DNA of 64,000 nt from Polyangiales bacterium. Its GTDB lineage: Bacteria; Myxococcota_A; Polyangia; Polyangiales; Ga0077539. The position numbers and the translations under genes were made by a program. The stretch lies in NCBI GenBank assembly GCA_044229975.1, contig JBGARZ010000004.1, positions 505,453 to 569,452 of the forward strand, read 5' to 3'. The notes beneath the pieces were generated by a model that did no database searches, was not told the origin of the DNA, and worked only from the letters and a program-made list of their open reading frames with translations. Below, piece by piece: positions 35,580-45,791 of this stretch; positions within the stretch are counted from its first letter, which is position 1; the number at the start of each line of letters is the position of its first letter.

Positions 35580-36071
35580 ATGAGAGACCTGATGGAGCTG
35601 CTGTGTGACTACCTCATGCTGGAGGACAAGCTCGCCCGTGGCACCCGTCTCACGACGGCGCAGCACGCGCGCTGGCTCACGCTCCAGAAGGCCCTTCCCG
35701 GCACCGGGAGCGCGCCCGGTCCGGGCCCCGGCAACGAGCGCTCGGACGACGGCGCGCTGGTCGAGCTCACTGCGAGCGGTCGCTTCGAGGCGGCGCGCCT
35801 GATGGGCGTCTCGCGCGACGGTCTCCGCATGCGGATGCACCAGCCGTTGCCGGTGGGCGCGCAGACGCTTGTGCGGGTCATCGCCGAGAAGCCGCGCACC
35901 GAGTACGTGTATCCGTGCGTTGTGGCCTGGTGTGACGGCCATGTCATGGGTCTGCGCTTCGACGGTCGTCCGGTGCGCGGTCTGCTGGTGCGCGCCGACG
36001 CCATCGACTGGCAGTGCCCGCTCGACCTCCGCACCGGCTGGGGCGCCCGCGCGACGAGCGCTCAGGCGTAG
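35580..36071 (+). CDS. PilZ-like domain protein
   Basis: GAGGA RBS, 'GVSRDGLRM...VVAW...MGLRF' PilZ-like barrel pattern. Confidence 0.6.
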   Translation: MRDLMELLCDYLMLEDKLARGTRLTTAQHARWLTLQKALPGTGSAPGPGPGNERSDDGALVELTASGRFEAARLMGVSRDGLRMRMHQPLPVGAQTLVRVIAEKPRTEYVYPCVVAWCDGHVMGLRFDGRPVRGLLVRADAIDWQCPLDLRTGWGARATSAQA

Positions 36072-36078
36072 TCGTTCG

Positions 36079-37176
36079 TCACCGAATGATCGGCAGCCGC
36101 TTCGGGCCTTCCACCGGCGCGCTGCCGCCGTGGGACTCGAACACCGCCCTCGTCACACAATCCGCCAGCTTCTCGGCGATGTCCTTGAAGGCCTTCGCCG
36201 GGATGCTGTTGGGCTGCGCCTGCACGATGGGCGTCCCGTTGTCGCCCCACTCGCGCACCAGCGAGTCGATGGGAACCTGTCCCAGCAACGGCGCCTTCGC
36301 GAACTCGGCGATGCGCGCCCCGCCACCGCGTCCGAAGATCTCGTGCTTCACGCCGGCCGAGTCGATGAAGTGGCTCATGTTCTCGACGACCCCGAGGATG
36401 GGAACGTTGAGCTTCTGGCACATGCTGACTGACTTGTAGACGTCCATGAGGGCGACGTCCTGCGGCGTGGTGACCATCACGCCACCGGTCACCTTGAGCT
36501 TCTGGAAGAGCGTGAGCGCGACGTCGCCGGTGCCCGGCGGCAGGTCGAGGATGAGGTAGTCGAGCTTGCCCCACGACACGTCCTTCAAGAACTGCTGGAG
36601 CGCCCCCTGGATCATCGGCCCGCGCCAGATGACCGACTGCCGCGCGTCTTCGAGCAGAAACCCGATGGACATGATCTTGAGCCCGAAGCGCTCCAGCGGC
36701 TCGATGAGCTTGCCGTCGCGCGAGATGGGCCGCCCCATGATCCCGAGCATCGTCGGGACGCTCGGCCCGTAGATGTCCGCGTCGAGCAACCCGACGCGCG
36801 CACCCGATCGCAGCAGCGCGAGCGCGAGGTTGGCCGCGACGGTGCTCTTCCCCACGCCGCCCTTGCCCGACATGACGGGGATGACGTTCTTCACCTCGGG
36901 GCAGGGGTCGTCGCCGGCGATCTGACGGGTGCGAACGGCCGACGCCACGGTCAGCTCCAGGCGCTTCGCTCCGGCCTTGGCGGCCGCGTCTTCGAGGGCC
37001 TTCACGATGGCGTCGCGCGAGCCCGTCGCGGGGGAGAGCAGGTCGACGGTGGCGCGCACCACGTCGCCCTCGACGGTCACCTCGCGCAGCGCCTTGAGGT
37101 CACCGAGGCGCTTGTTCACCACGGGGTCGACCACATCGGACAACGCGGCCATCACGGCTTCCTGCGACACGGACAT
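36079..37176 (-). CDS. mrp: Mrp/ApbC (NBP35) Fe-S cluster carrier ATPase
   Basis: SGKGGVGKST, DADIYGPS, WRGPM, DLPPGTGD, VENMS. ATG at 37176. Confidence 0.95.
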   Translation of the reverse strand: MSVSQEAVMAALSDVVDPVVNKRLGDLKALREVTVEGDVVRATVDLLSPATGSRDAIVKALEDAAAKAGAKRLELTVASAVRTRQIAGDDPCPEVKNVIPVMSGKGGVGKSTVAANLALALLRSGARVGLLDADIYGPSVPTMLGIMGRPISRDGKLIEPLERFGLKIMSIGFLLEDARQSVIWRGPMIQGALQQFLKDVSWGKLDYLILDLPPGTGDVALTLFQKLKVTGGVMVTTPQDVALMDVYKSVSMCQKLNVPILGVVENMSHFIDSAGVKHEIFGRGGGARIAEFAKAPLLGQVPIDSLVREWGDNGTPIVQAQPNSIPAKAFKDIAEKLADCVTRAVFESHGGSAPVEGPKRLPIIR

Positions 37177-37321
37177 CGGGGGGGACTCCATCTCTCTGCG
37201 TGGGTGTGACCGTCGTGCACGGCCGCCACTCGCGGCGCGGGGCATATGGCGACCGTCCGCACCCGTCAAGCAGCACCGCCCGTTGCCAGCGCCATCACCC
37301 GATTGGTACAGACCGCGGGCC

Positions 37322-38707
37322 ATGTCTGAACCCGACGCCTACCGCAGCCCCGCCGAACCGCCGACCGCTGCGCCGACGGAGCCCTCCGCGCCGCGCGCCT
37401 CGCGGGTCGCGCTCGCGGTCTACCTCGTGGCCGTCGTCGTGTACGCCATCCTCGCGGGCGACCGGATGCGCTCGCACTCGCCCGACAACCACTTCGCCTA
37501 CCTCGCCGACGCCTTCAACCACGGCCAGCTCTCGGTGCGCTGTCCGCCTGGCGAGGCATGTCCGCCGGGTGGCGGTGGCAACGACTGGGCGCGCTACGGC
37601 GGGCGGTGGTTCGTGGCGTTTCCGGCGTTTCCGGCCGTGGTCTACATGCTGCCGGTGGCGCTGCTGAAGCGCGACTTCGCCAACCGCGCGTTCGATGTCT
37701 TCCTCGCGGGCATCGCCCCGGCGCTGCTCTACCTCTTCCTCGATCGCCTCCGTCAGCGCGGGTACTCGCGCCGATCATGGAAGGAAAACCTCGGGCTCAC
37801 GTTCCTGTTCGCCTTCGGGTCGGTCTACTTCTTCAGCGCGGTGCAGGGGTCGGTCTGGTTCACCGCGCACGTCGTCGGCGCTGCGCTGGGCGCGGGATTC
37901 TTGCTGGCGTCGCTCGACGCGAAGCGGCCCTTCGCGGCGGGCGCGCTGCTCGGGCTGATGTTCCACACGCGAACGTCGACGCTGCTGAGCGCGCTGTTCT
38001 TCGGCTTCGAGGCGATGCGCGTGCATCGGGTCGCCGCGGAGACGCCCGCGTCGCCCGACGACGACCTCCTCACGCGGCTGGTGCGCTACCTGCGCGAGAC
38101 CGACTGGCGCGTGGTGCTGGGCAAGGTCGTGCGCTTCTCGCTCCCGGTCATCGCCGCGCTGGTGGTGTACGCGGTGCTCAACAAGCTGCGCTTCGGCGAC
38201 TGGCGCGAGACCGGCTATCGGCACCTCCAGATCCGCTGGCAGGCGCGCATCCTCCGGTGGGGGTTGTTCAACTTCCACTACCTGTCGCGCAACCTCGCCG
38301 TCGCGCTCGCGCTGCTCCCGTGGATCTCCCGCGTCGCCCCCTACGTCCAGGTGTCGCGCCACGGGCTCGCGCTGTGGGTGACCACGCCGCAGTACCTGGA
38401 GCTGCTGCGCCCCGCGCGCGTCACGCGGCTCGCGACGGGCCTGGTGGTGACCGCGATGGTCATCGCGTCGCTCGACCTGCTCTACCAGAACAGCGGGTGG
38501 GTTCAGTTCGGGTACCGCTTCAGCAACGACTTCGCGCTGCTGCTCATCGCGGCCATCGCGATCAACGGCCGCCCGTGGAAGCGCCTCGGCTGGGCGCTGC
38601 TGCTGGTCGCCATCGGGGTGAACCTCTTCGGCGCGGCGACCTTCGAGCGCGCGGGCAACGTGTACCAGGGCGACAATACCGCCGAGGGTATGTTCCAGCC
38701 GGACTGA
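37322..38707 (+). CDS. Polytopic membrane protein, GT-C glycosyltransferase-like
   Basis: ATG at 37322, many TM helices, periplasmic 'DNHFAYLAD', C-terminal 'QFGYRF'. Confidence 0.6.
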   Translation: MSEPDAYRSPAEPPTAAPTEPSAPRASRVALAVYLVAVVVYAILAGDRMRSHSPDNHFAYLADAFNHGQLSVRCPPGEACPPGGGGNDWARYGGRWFVAFPAFPAVVYMLPVALLKRDFANRAFDVFLAGIAPALLYLFLDRLRQRGYSRRSWKENLGLTFLFAFGSVYFFSAVQGSVWFTAHVVGAALGAGFLLASLDAKRPFAAGALLGLMFHTRTSTLLSALFFGFEAMRVHRVAAETPASPDDDLLTRLVRYLRETDWRVVLGKVVRFSLPVIAALVVYAVLNKLRFGDWRETGYRHLQIRWQARILRWGLFNFHYLSRNLAVALALLPWISRVAPYVQVSRHGLALWVTTPQYLELLRPARVTRLATGLVVTAMVIASLDLLYQNSGWVQFGYRFSNDFALLLIAAIAINGRPWKRLGWALLLVAIGVNLFGAATFERAGNVYQGDNTAEGMFQPD

Positions 38708-38749
38708 GGGCGCTTGCGTGGCGGCTCCCATCGGCGCGACGCTGCGACG

Positions 38750-39139
38750 ATGAGGCTCAACCAGGTCACGGTCTCGGCGCGCGACCTCGACGCGGCGGTG
38801 GCGTTCTACCGGGCGCTCGGGCTCAAGCTCATCGTGCGCTCGGAGCACTACGCGCGCTTCGTCTGCCCCGACGCGGCGGGCGGTGCGCCGTCGACCTTCT
38901 CGCTGCACCGCGACGATGAAGCCACCGGGGTCTCGCAGACGGTCGTGTACTTCGAGGAGGACGACCTCGACGCCGTCGTGACGCGCCTCACCGCGGCGGG
39001 ACTGGTGTTCGAGAGCGGGCCCGTCGACCAGCCGTGGCTCTGGCGCGAGGCGTACCTGCGCGACCCGACGGGCAACCTGGTGTGCCTCTACCGCGCGGGC
39101 GCGATGCGGCTCGACCCGCCGTGGCGCCTGCCGGACTAG
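38750..39139 (+). CDS. VOC/glyoxalase-family protein
   Basis: 'LNQVTV...AVAFY..LG...DQPWLWREAYLRDPTGN'. Confidence 0.9.
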   Translation: MRLNQVTVSARDLDAAVAFYRALGLKLIVRSEHYARFVCPDAAGGAPSTFSLHRDDEATGVSQTVVYFEEDDLDAVVTRLTAAGLVFESGPVDQPWLWREAYLRDPTGNLVCLYRAGAMRLDPPWRLPD

Positions 39140-39220
39140 ACCCTCCGCTCGCGACGACCTCGACGGCTGCGCGCGGGTGGCTCTATCGTCGCTGCTCTCC
39201 ACGGAGGTTCAACGTCGCGT

Positions 39221-40009
39221 ATGGGAAGCGCCTCGACACTCTGGTTGCTCGTCTTGGCGGGTGCGCTCGGCTGCGCGACGGCGCCTGCTCCGCTCGTCGC
39301 GTCGACGCCGCTCACGCCGATGGCTCCGCAGGCGCCGGCGGCTCCGTGCGCGGGGCCGGGGCAGCCTTCGTGCGCCTCGTTGGCGGCGCAGTTTCGTCGT
39401 GAGGGCGCGGGCGACGACCCCGAGAGCGCCATCCGGGTGCTGGAGTACGGGTGCAGCCAGCGCGAGGTGCGCGCCTGCTACAACGCCGCGCTCCAGTGGG
39501 TAAACGGCGACGGCGTGAGGCACGACACCGACCGCGCCGCGCGCCTCTTCGGGCTCGCCTGTGAGGGTGGCATGGCGCCGGGGTGCACCGACCTCGGGAT
39601 GATGTTCGTCAACGGCGAGGGGTTTGCCCGCGACGACGTCCGGGCGCGTGCGCTGTACACCCGCGCGTGCCAGGGCGGCCACATGCGCGGGTGCTCCGAG
39701 CTGGGGGTGATGTTCCTCAACGGGGAGGGCGGGACGCGCGACACGGCGCAGGGAGCGCGGCTGCTCTGGCAGGCGTGCCAGGGGGCTCACGCGCGGGCGT
39801 GCTCGCAGATCGGCGTGCTGGTCGCGCAGGGAGCGCCGTCGCCCATCGAAGGGCGCTCGGCGGGGTTCTGGTTCTCCGAAGGGTGTCAGCGCGGTGATGC
39901 GCTCGGGTGCAGCATGATCGCCGAGATGGGCGGTCAGGCGCCGCGAGCGCCCGCCGCGCAGCCCGCGCCGATGCCGCCCCCCGGCCGCGGCGCCGTCAGC
40001 ATTCCCTGA
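39221..40009 (+). CDS. Sel1-like repeat lipoprotein
   Basis: Lipobox ALGC and repeats 'GC..LG.MF.NGEG..RD...A..L...AC.G'. Confidence 0.9.
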   Translation: MGSASTLWLLVLAGALGCATAPAPLVASTPLTPMAPQAPAAPCAGPGQPSCASLAAQFRREGAGDDPESAIRVLEYGCSQREVRACYNAALQWVNGDGVRHDTDRAARLFGLACEGGMAPGCTDLGMMFVNGEGFARDDVRARALYTRACQGGHMRGCSELGVMFLNGEGGTRDTAQGARLLWQACQGAHARACSQIGVLVAQGAPSPIEGRSAGFWFSEGCQRGDALGCSMIAEMGGQAPRAPAAQPAPMPPPGRGAVSIP

Positions 40010-40017
40010 GACGGCCG

Positions 40018-40812
40018 ATGGCCTCCGCCCTCCACATCGTCCGCCTGGACGACCACCCCGTGCGCGAGCTCCGCTACCTCAACGCGGCCCGCGGCGGCGG
40101 AACCGAAGTCACCCGCCTCGGCCTCCAGCTCGGCACCGCGCGCGGCCTCCCCGACGGCGTCGACGCGCTCGTCGCCACCAGTGACCTCCAGGGCATCGTC
40201 CCCGACCCCCACACGCGCGAGTCCACGTTGCTCGGCGTGGCCGTCGCCGCGTGGCTGGAGGAGCTCGGCGACGAAGGGGTCATCCCGCGCACCGTGCGCT
40301 GCGGGGCGCTGCTCGCGGGCGATTTGTACAGCGTTCCGGCGGCCAACAAGCGCGGCGGCTACGGCGACGTGAGTGACGTGTGGGCGGCCTTCGCCGATCG
40401 CTTCGCGTGGGTGGTCGGCGTCGCGGGCAACCACGACGACGTGAGCGCCGTGGCCTCATCGGACGAAGTGCGCGTGCTCGATGGTGAGCGCATCACCCGG
40501 AGCGGGCTCCGCGTGGGCGGCGTGAGCCTGGTGTGCGGCAACCCCGCGAAGACCGGTCGGCGCGACGAGGGCGAGCAGCTCGCACAGGTCGACCTCGTGA
40601 CGGAAGACGGCCTCGACCTGCTCGTGCTCCACGAAGGTCCGAACGGCGCCGACGACCAGCCGGGTCACGCCGCGGTGCGCGCGCTGGTCGAGCGCCGGGT
40701 CGGGCTCACGGTGTGCGGCCACGTGCACTGGCCGAGGGCGCTCGCGACCACGGAGCGCGGGCAGATCCTCAACGTCGATGCGCGGGTGGTCGTGCTCTCA
40801 CGCGCCCGGTAG
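40018..40812 (+). CDS. Metallophosphoesterase
   Basis: SDLQG, AGDL, GNHD, LHE, GHVH. Confidence 0.85.
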   Translation: MASALHIVRLDDHPVRELRYLNAARGGGTEVTRLGLQLGTARGLPDGVDALVATSDLQGIVPDPHTRESTLLGVAVAAWLEELGDEGVIPRTVRCGALLAGDLYSVPAANKRGGYGDVSDVWAAFADRFAWVVGVAGNHDDVSAVASSDEVRVLDGERITRSGLRVGGVSLVCGNPAKTGRRDEGEQLAQVDLVTEDGLDLLVLHEGPNGADDQPGHAAVRALVERRVGLTVCGHVHWPRALATTERGQILNVDARVVVLSRAR

Positions 40813-40881
40813 ACGGGCGCACTGGCGAGGTCCTCTCAAGGCATTCGCGTCGTGCTCGACGGTTGCGGTAGCCTCGCGGCG

Positions 40882-41511
40882 ATGGCGACGAAGAAGACTC
40901 CCAACACCACCCCTGGGGTCGCCTCGGTCGGCGATGTGCCAGTCACGCGCGCGATGCTGCATGGCGTGCGCGACGAGCTGCGTGCTCGTCTTGACCAGAC
41001 CAACACTCGCATCGACGAGACCAACGCTCGTCTCGACCAGACCAACGTCCGCCTCGATGCCCTACGCAGCGAGACCAACGCCCGCTTCGATCAGGTCGAC
41101 GCCCGCTTCGATCAGGTCGACGCCCGCTTCGATCAGGTCGACGCCCGCTTCAGTCAGATCGACGCCCGCTTCAGTCAGATCGACGCCCGCTTCAGTCAGG
41201 TCGACGCCCGCTTCAGTCAGGTCGACGCCCGCTTCGATCAGATCGATGCTCGCTTCGACGAGTTGCGCGCCGAGACCAATGCTCGCTTCGACGAGCTCAA
41301 CGCCCGCTTCGACGGTCTGCGTGCGGAGGTGTCCGCGCAGGTGCATCGCATCGGTGTGATCGTAGAAGAGCAGGAAGCGCGCAATCGCGTAGTTCTGGAA
41401 GTGGTCGCAGGGCACAACGCCCGCTTCGAGCGCATCGAAGCCAGGCTCGACAGCCTTACCGAGATGATGGGCGAGATCATCCACCTCCTGAAGCAGCGAC
41501 CAGGCGCCTGA
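40882..41511 (+). CDS. Coiled-coil protein with heptad tandem repeat
   Basis: ATG at 40882, (D/N)ARF(D/S)Q(V/I) repeats. Confidence 0.8.
   Translation: MATKKTPNTTPGVASVGDVPVTRAMLHGVRDELRARLDQTNTRIDETNARLDQTNVRLDALRSETNARFDQVDARFDQVDARFDQVDARFSQIDARFSQIDARFSQVDARFSQVDARFDQIDARFDELRAETNARFDELNARFDGLRAEVSAQVHRIGVIVEEQEARNRVVLEVVAGHNARFERIEARLDSLTEMMGEIIHLLKQRPGA
41077..41265 (+). repeat. 21-bp in-frame tandem repeat, ~9 copies
   Basis: GACGCCCGCTTC(GAT/AGT)CAG(G/A)TC units. Confidence 0.95.
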
Positions 41512-41528
41512 CGTGACTGCCGCCGCAC

Positions 41529-42920
41529 TCACGGCGGAGCAAACGTCGTCGCGCGCAGCCGGTCGTAGTCCAGCGTCATCACGGCGACGGCCGTCGCGTC
41601 GCGCGTGCTCGCCGCCACCGCCGACCAGAACGTCCCCAGCCGCGGCGCCGCCGGCGTCAACTGCGTCGCCGATGGAAACCGCGTCGCCCCCGGCGCGAGC
41701 ACCATCGCGTACCCGAGGTTGCTGTCCTGCGCGAGCTGCGTCAGCACCACCTGCCCCGTCGCCGCGACCGACGCGAGCCGCGCCGCGCGCGCCCCATCGC
41801 TCTGCACGCTCGGCTCGAAGAGCGTCCGCAGGCTGCCGTTGCTCGCGAGCCGCGCCACGCGGAGCTGGCGGGTGCTGGGTGTTCCGCCGACGCCCCAGGC
41901 GATCCACCAGCCGTCGCGGTCGGGGGCGCACTGGGCGGCGACGAGGTCTTGTGGTGTTCCGGCGGACTCGCCCCACAACCAGATGGGGCCGAGGCCCGTG
42001 CCGTTGCGCGCGTCGACCAATCGCCCGCGCGCCTGGCTGATGAGCACCCCGGCCTCGCGGCGGTAGTCCGTCCACGCCACGAGGAAGCGCCCGTCCCCAC
42101 ACGACGCCACGCTCGGGTTGGTCTGGAAATACATCGCGTCGCCGATGCGCTGCTCGGGCCCGATCTGCAGCGTCGGCGAGACGTAGCGCGCGTAGACCAC
42201 CCGCGCGTCCTCGTCGCGAACGCCGCGCTCACGGTCGTCCGCCCAGGCCACGAGAAACGCGCCCACCGACGCGTCCCACGCCGCCGCCGGGAGCGCCTCG
42301 TCGCTGTCGGCGCGCTGCGAGATGTCGAACACCACGCCCGCTCCCGCCACCGTCGGCGACGCCCCGCCCGTCGGTCGCACGAAGCGGCCGTACACGTCGA
42401 TGGCGCCGCGCCGACCGGGCCCCGCGCGATCGTCCACCCACACCACGAGCGCCGGGCCACCGGGCTCTCCCGACGCCGCGATGGTGACGTCGCCCGCGTC
42501 GTGGGCGGGCTCGTCGCCGTCGACCTGAAACGGCGTGCTCACCGCGAGCGATCCGCCGGCGCCCACGACCAGCGCGCGCGCCTCGACGCGGAAGCGAGGC
42601 GTCGTCGCGCCGGGGATCACCCAGGTGTAGGCCGTGACGAACGCGTCGCTCGCGGGGTGGAAGCACACCGACGGCTGCCGCACGCTGCCGACGGGCGTCA
42701 CCTCGATGTCCCGCTGCGCGACCTGCAACGGCCCGGTGATCGCGGCGTGGTCGGCGGGCGCCTGGTCGATGGTCGTCAGGTCGGTGGTTGGTTTGCTCGC
42801 GTCGAGGTCGACGTCAAAGGACGTCGCCGCGTCGAGGGGATCGGGGCCCACCAGCACCGAGCCCGACGAACACCCGAGGAGTGTGATGACCGCCACGAGC
42901 GAGTTCGGGAACACCCGCAT
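41529..42920 (-). CDS. Lipoprotein, beta-propeller-like
   Basis: Lipobox LLGC and repeated 'P.VA....(F/L)V.W.D.R' blades. Confidence 0.7.
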   Translation of the reverse strand: MRVFPNSLVAVITLLGCSSGSVLVGPDPLDAATSFDVDLDASKPTTDLTTIDQAPADHAAITGPLQVAQRDIEVTPVGSVRQPSVCFHPASDAFVTAYTWVIPGATTPRFRVEARALVVGAGGSLAVSTPFQVDGDEPAHDAGDVTIAASGEPGGPALVVWVDDRAGPGRRGAIDVYGRFVRPTGGASPTVAGAGVVFDISQRADSDEALPAAAWDASVGAFLVAWADDRERGVRDEDARVVYARYVSPTLQIGPEQRIGDAMYFQTNPSVASCGDGRFLVAWTDYRREAGVLISQARGRLVDARNGTGLGPIWLWGESAGTPQDLVAAQCAPDRDGWWIAWGVGGTPSTRQLRVARLASNGSLRTLFEPSVQSDGARAARLASVAATGQVVLTQLAQDSNLGYAMVLAPGATRFPSATQLTPAAPRLGTFWSAVAASTRDATAVAVMTLDYDRLRATTFAPP

Positions 42921-43091
42921 GGCCGCGGAGTCTCTCAGATCATCCGCGCGGACGCTCGCCCCGCCTCACCGGTCTTGGGCGCGTTCGGGCGCGGGGGGCA
43001 GCGTCACGCCGCGGTCATCGGTCGATGATGTCACGGCTCTCGTGACGGGGAGAAGCCACGTCGGGCCCCGATGGGCCCAACGCTCCATCCC

Positions 43092-44849
43092 CTACGCCGA
43101 CAGCTCCGCCTGGAGTCCGCGCCGCCGCGGGTGCGTCTCGCGCGCCCACGCGACCCACGCCTTCGACTCCACGCCGCCCAGTGCCTGCATCCGCCGGATG
43201 AACCCCGCCGCGTCGCGATACCGCGCCCGGTCGCCCGTCGCGATGAGCGCCTCCACGTGCGCCGACCAGATCGCCATCGCCACCGCGGGCTGCGCCTCCG
43301 CCGCCGCCTCGGCCACCTCCAGCCGCACGCCCGACACCACCGGGTGCGCCGCGCTCGCCACCGTGGGCTCCGTCCGCGTCGCCGTCTCGGCCTCCACCAG
43401 CGCGCCCATCACCAGCAGCACCCGCACCGCCTCGGGCCGCTTTCCCCCGCCGTCCGTCAGCAGCACCCGCGTCACGCTCTTCGTCAGCGCCTCGCGCTCG
43501 CCCACCGGCGTCACGTCGCGCAGCGCCTCCCACCGCGCCACGCTCGGAAACCTCCCCAGCGCCTCGACCATCGTCTCGCGCGCCGCCGCCGCATCACCGC
43601 GCGACCGGCATCGCAGGCACCACCACGCGTACAGCGCCTCGCTCGGCTCGCGCTCCATGCGCGCACGCACGGCCGCGTCGAGGTCGGCCCCGACGCCCCA
43701 GCGCGCCAGCAGCCCTGCCACTGAAGGCAGCGACGCCGACGGGCACTCCCACGCCACCGCCGCGGCCTCGTCCCTCCGGCCATGCAGCAGCAGCGCGTCG
43801 ACCAGCTCGGTCCACCGGCCCAGCACCCGCAATGCCCGCAACACCTCGTCGAGGTCGAGTCGCTCGCGCGTCAGCTCGAAGAGCAGCTCACCAAAGGGCA
43901 TCGCCCCCCACGCCAGCGGGTCGTTGACCGCGTGGCCTTCGCGCGACGCCCGATCGAGGATCCACCCCGCCACCATGGTCCGCTCGTCGCTGTCGGCGTA
44001 GCGCACCATCGCCTCCGGAACCTCCTCCGCCGCCCCCACGTCACTGCACGCCAGGTCGCCCTGCGCCACCGACCACAGCGCCGTCAGCACGCTCGCCCGC
44101 AGGTCGCGCCCCGTCGCCTTCGCGAGCACCGCCACGAGCCCGCGCGCCGCGGCCACCACGAGCGCCCGCAGCGCACCATCGCCGTCCTGCCCTGCGACCG
44201 CCGCGTAGCCCTCCAGCACGCCCTCCGCGAGCCCGCGAAACACCTCCGTCGCGCCCGCGAGATCACCCGCCGCCAGCAGCCGCTCGCCCCGCGTCCGCAG
44301 CACCGACAGCTCCCACGTGATGGCCCCCGCGGCGCCCCACTGCGCGCCGTGCCTCCGCATCGTCGACGACGCCCACGGGCCCGCGTGCGCCGGCGCGAGC
44401 GCTACCCGCTCCAGCCACGGCGCGAGCGCCACCATCTCCTCGACCAGCGACGCGAGCGACTCCGTCGACCGACGACGCAGCGCCGACCCCGCCCCGCTCA
44501 TGTCATGGAAGGACCACGGCCGAACCCCGTAGGTCATCAGCACCGCCGCGATGTGCTTGCACCGACCGGTCGCCCCTGCTGCACAGCCGCAGCGCGCCGT
44601 CGTCACCACCGCGCCGTCGTGCGAGAGGGTCACCTCGACCGGGTACGACGGCCGCTCGCCGCCCTCGACGCACGCCCGCAGCGAGCGCCCGTCACGCCGC
44701 GCGTCGAACACCCCGTCGCGCGCGAAGATCCCCCGCGCCTTCACGCGCACCGCCTCGCTGAAACCCCCGAACCAACCGGTCGAAGTCGTGATGTCCATGC
44801 CGTCCAACTTCGTCCTCCGCGCGGTCGCGCACAAGGGATGGTCGGACAT
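43092..44849 (-). CDS. SWIM zinc-finger protein
   Basis: 'RCGC...CKHIAAVL' CxC-CxH motif with 'RG' and 'Y.V.V' upstream. Start may be 44798. Confidence 0.85.
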   Translation of the reverse strand: MSDHPLCATARRTKLDGMDITTSTGWFGGFSEAVRVKARGIFARDGVFDARRDGRSLRACVEGGERPSYPVEVTLSHDGAVVTTARCGCAAGATGRCKHIAAVLMTYGVRPWSFHDMSGAGSALRRRSTESLASLVEEMVALAPWLERVALAPAHAGPWASSTMRRHGAQWGAAGAITWELSVLRTRGERLLAAGDLAGATEVFRGLAEGVLEGYAAVAGQDGDGALRALVVAAARGLVAVLAKATGRDLRASVLTALWSVAQGDLACSDVGAAEEVPEAMVRYADSDERTMVAGWILDRASREGHAVNDPLAWGAMPFGELLFELTRERLDLDEVLRALRVLGRWTELVDALLLHGRRDEAAAVAWECPSASLPSVAGLLARWGVGADLDAAVRARMEREPSEALYAWWCLRCRSRGDAAAARETMVEALGRFPSVARWEALRDVTPVGEREALTKSVTRVLLTDGGGKRPEAVRVLLVMGALVEAETATRTEPTVASAAHPVVSGVRLEVAEAAAEAQPAVAMAIWSAHVEALIATGDRARYRDAAGFIRRMQALGGVESKAWVAWARETHPRRRGLQAELSA

Positions 44850-44855
44850 AGCCTG

Positions 44856-45752
44856 TCACCATCGCGCGCGCTGTCGGAGGAAGCGTTCGGTGGCGGGGAC
44901 GACCACCTCGGGGCGCTCCAGCAGGACGAAGTGCGAGGCCCGTCGGAGGTGGATCGCCTCCGCATCGGGGAGTCGGCTCGCGATGACGTGGGACTGGTAC
45001 GCGGGGGTGAGCCAGTCCCAGGCGCCGCTCACCACGAGGGCCGGAACATGGATGTCCCGCAGGTGGTGGAGCACCGAGTGGGCGTCGAGCTCCTGGAAGA
45101 GCTGGAGGTAGTTGGGGAAGGTCCGCGGGTCGAAGACCTCGCGCATGTAGCGCTCCATCACGGCGCTCATGCGGGAGGTGTCGGCGCGCGAGATGAGCCA
45201 GAAGAGTGCTGCCGTGGGGGACACCGCGCGGGGCGCCGCGAACTCGATGGCGCGCGCGAGGTTGGGGCGGTCGGCGACGTTCTCGACGACGCGGTGCATG
45301 AGCTGCCCCGCGAAGGGAAATCTTACGAAGGGCTGTAAGCCCGACGAGAAGACGTGGCCGTAGGTTCCGTTGAGGAGCACCATGCCGGCGACGCGCTCGG
45401 GGGACATGGAGGCGGCTTCGAGGGAGACCTGCACGCCCATGCTCCAGCCGCAGAACACCGCGCGATCGACGCCCTCGGCATCGAGCACGGCGAGGGCGTC
45501 TTCGGCGTGGTCGGTGATGCTGAGGTGCGCGCGGCGGGTGGGGGCGGTGGAGTCGAAGAGCCCGCGGTAGTCCCAGGAGAGGATGCGGTACTCGTCGCGG
45601 AGGGCGTCGATGAGGGGCTGCCAGGTGTAGAGGCGGCCGCCGAGGCCGTTGGCGAGGAGGAGGGTCTTCTCGCCGCGACCCATGACGGTGTACGCGACGC
45701 GGGCGCCGTGGCGGGTCTCGATGTAGCGGGTGGGGAGCTCGTCGTCCATCAC
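44856..45752 (-). CDS. Alpha/beta hydrolase
   Basis: GWSMG nucleophile elbow, 'G.WD', 'SHF'. Confidence 0.9.
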   Translation of the reverse strand: MMDDELPTRYIETRHGARVAYTVMGRGEKTLLLANGLGGRLYTWQPLIDALRDEYRILSWDYRGLFDSTAPTRRAHLSITDHAEDALAVLDAEGVDRAVFCGWSMGVQVSLEAASMSPERVAGMVLLNGTYGHVFSSGLQPFVRFPFAGQLMHRVVENVADRPNLARAIEFAAPRAVSPTAALFWLISRADTSRMSAVMERYMREVFDPRTFPNYLQLFQELDAHSVLHHLRDIHVPALVVSGAWDWLTPAYQSHVIASRLPDAEAIHLRRASHFVLLERPEVVVPATERFLRQRARW

Positions 45753-45791
45753 CCGCGAAGGTAACGGACGACGCTTGGGAGGACGAAGGAA

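Noticed and set aside
41077..41265. 21-bp repeats as CRISPR
   Set aside because: Contiguous in-frame coding repeats with no spacers.
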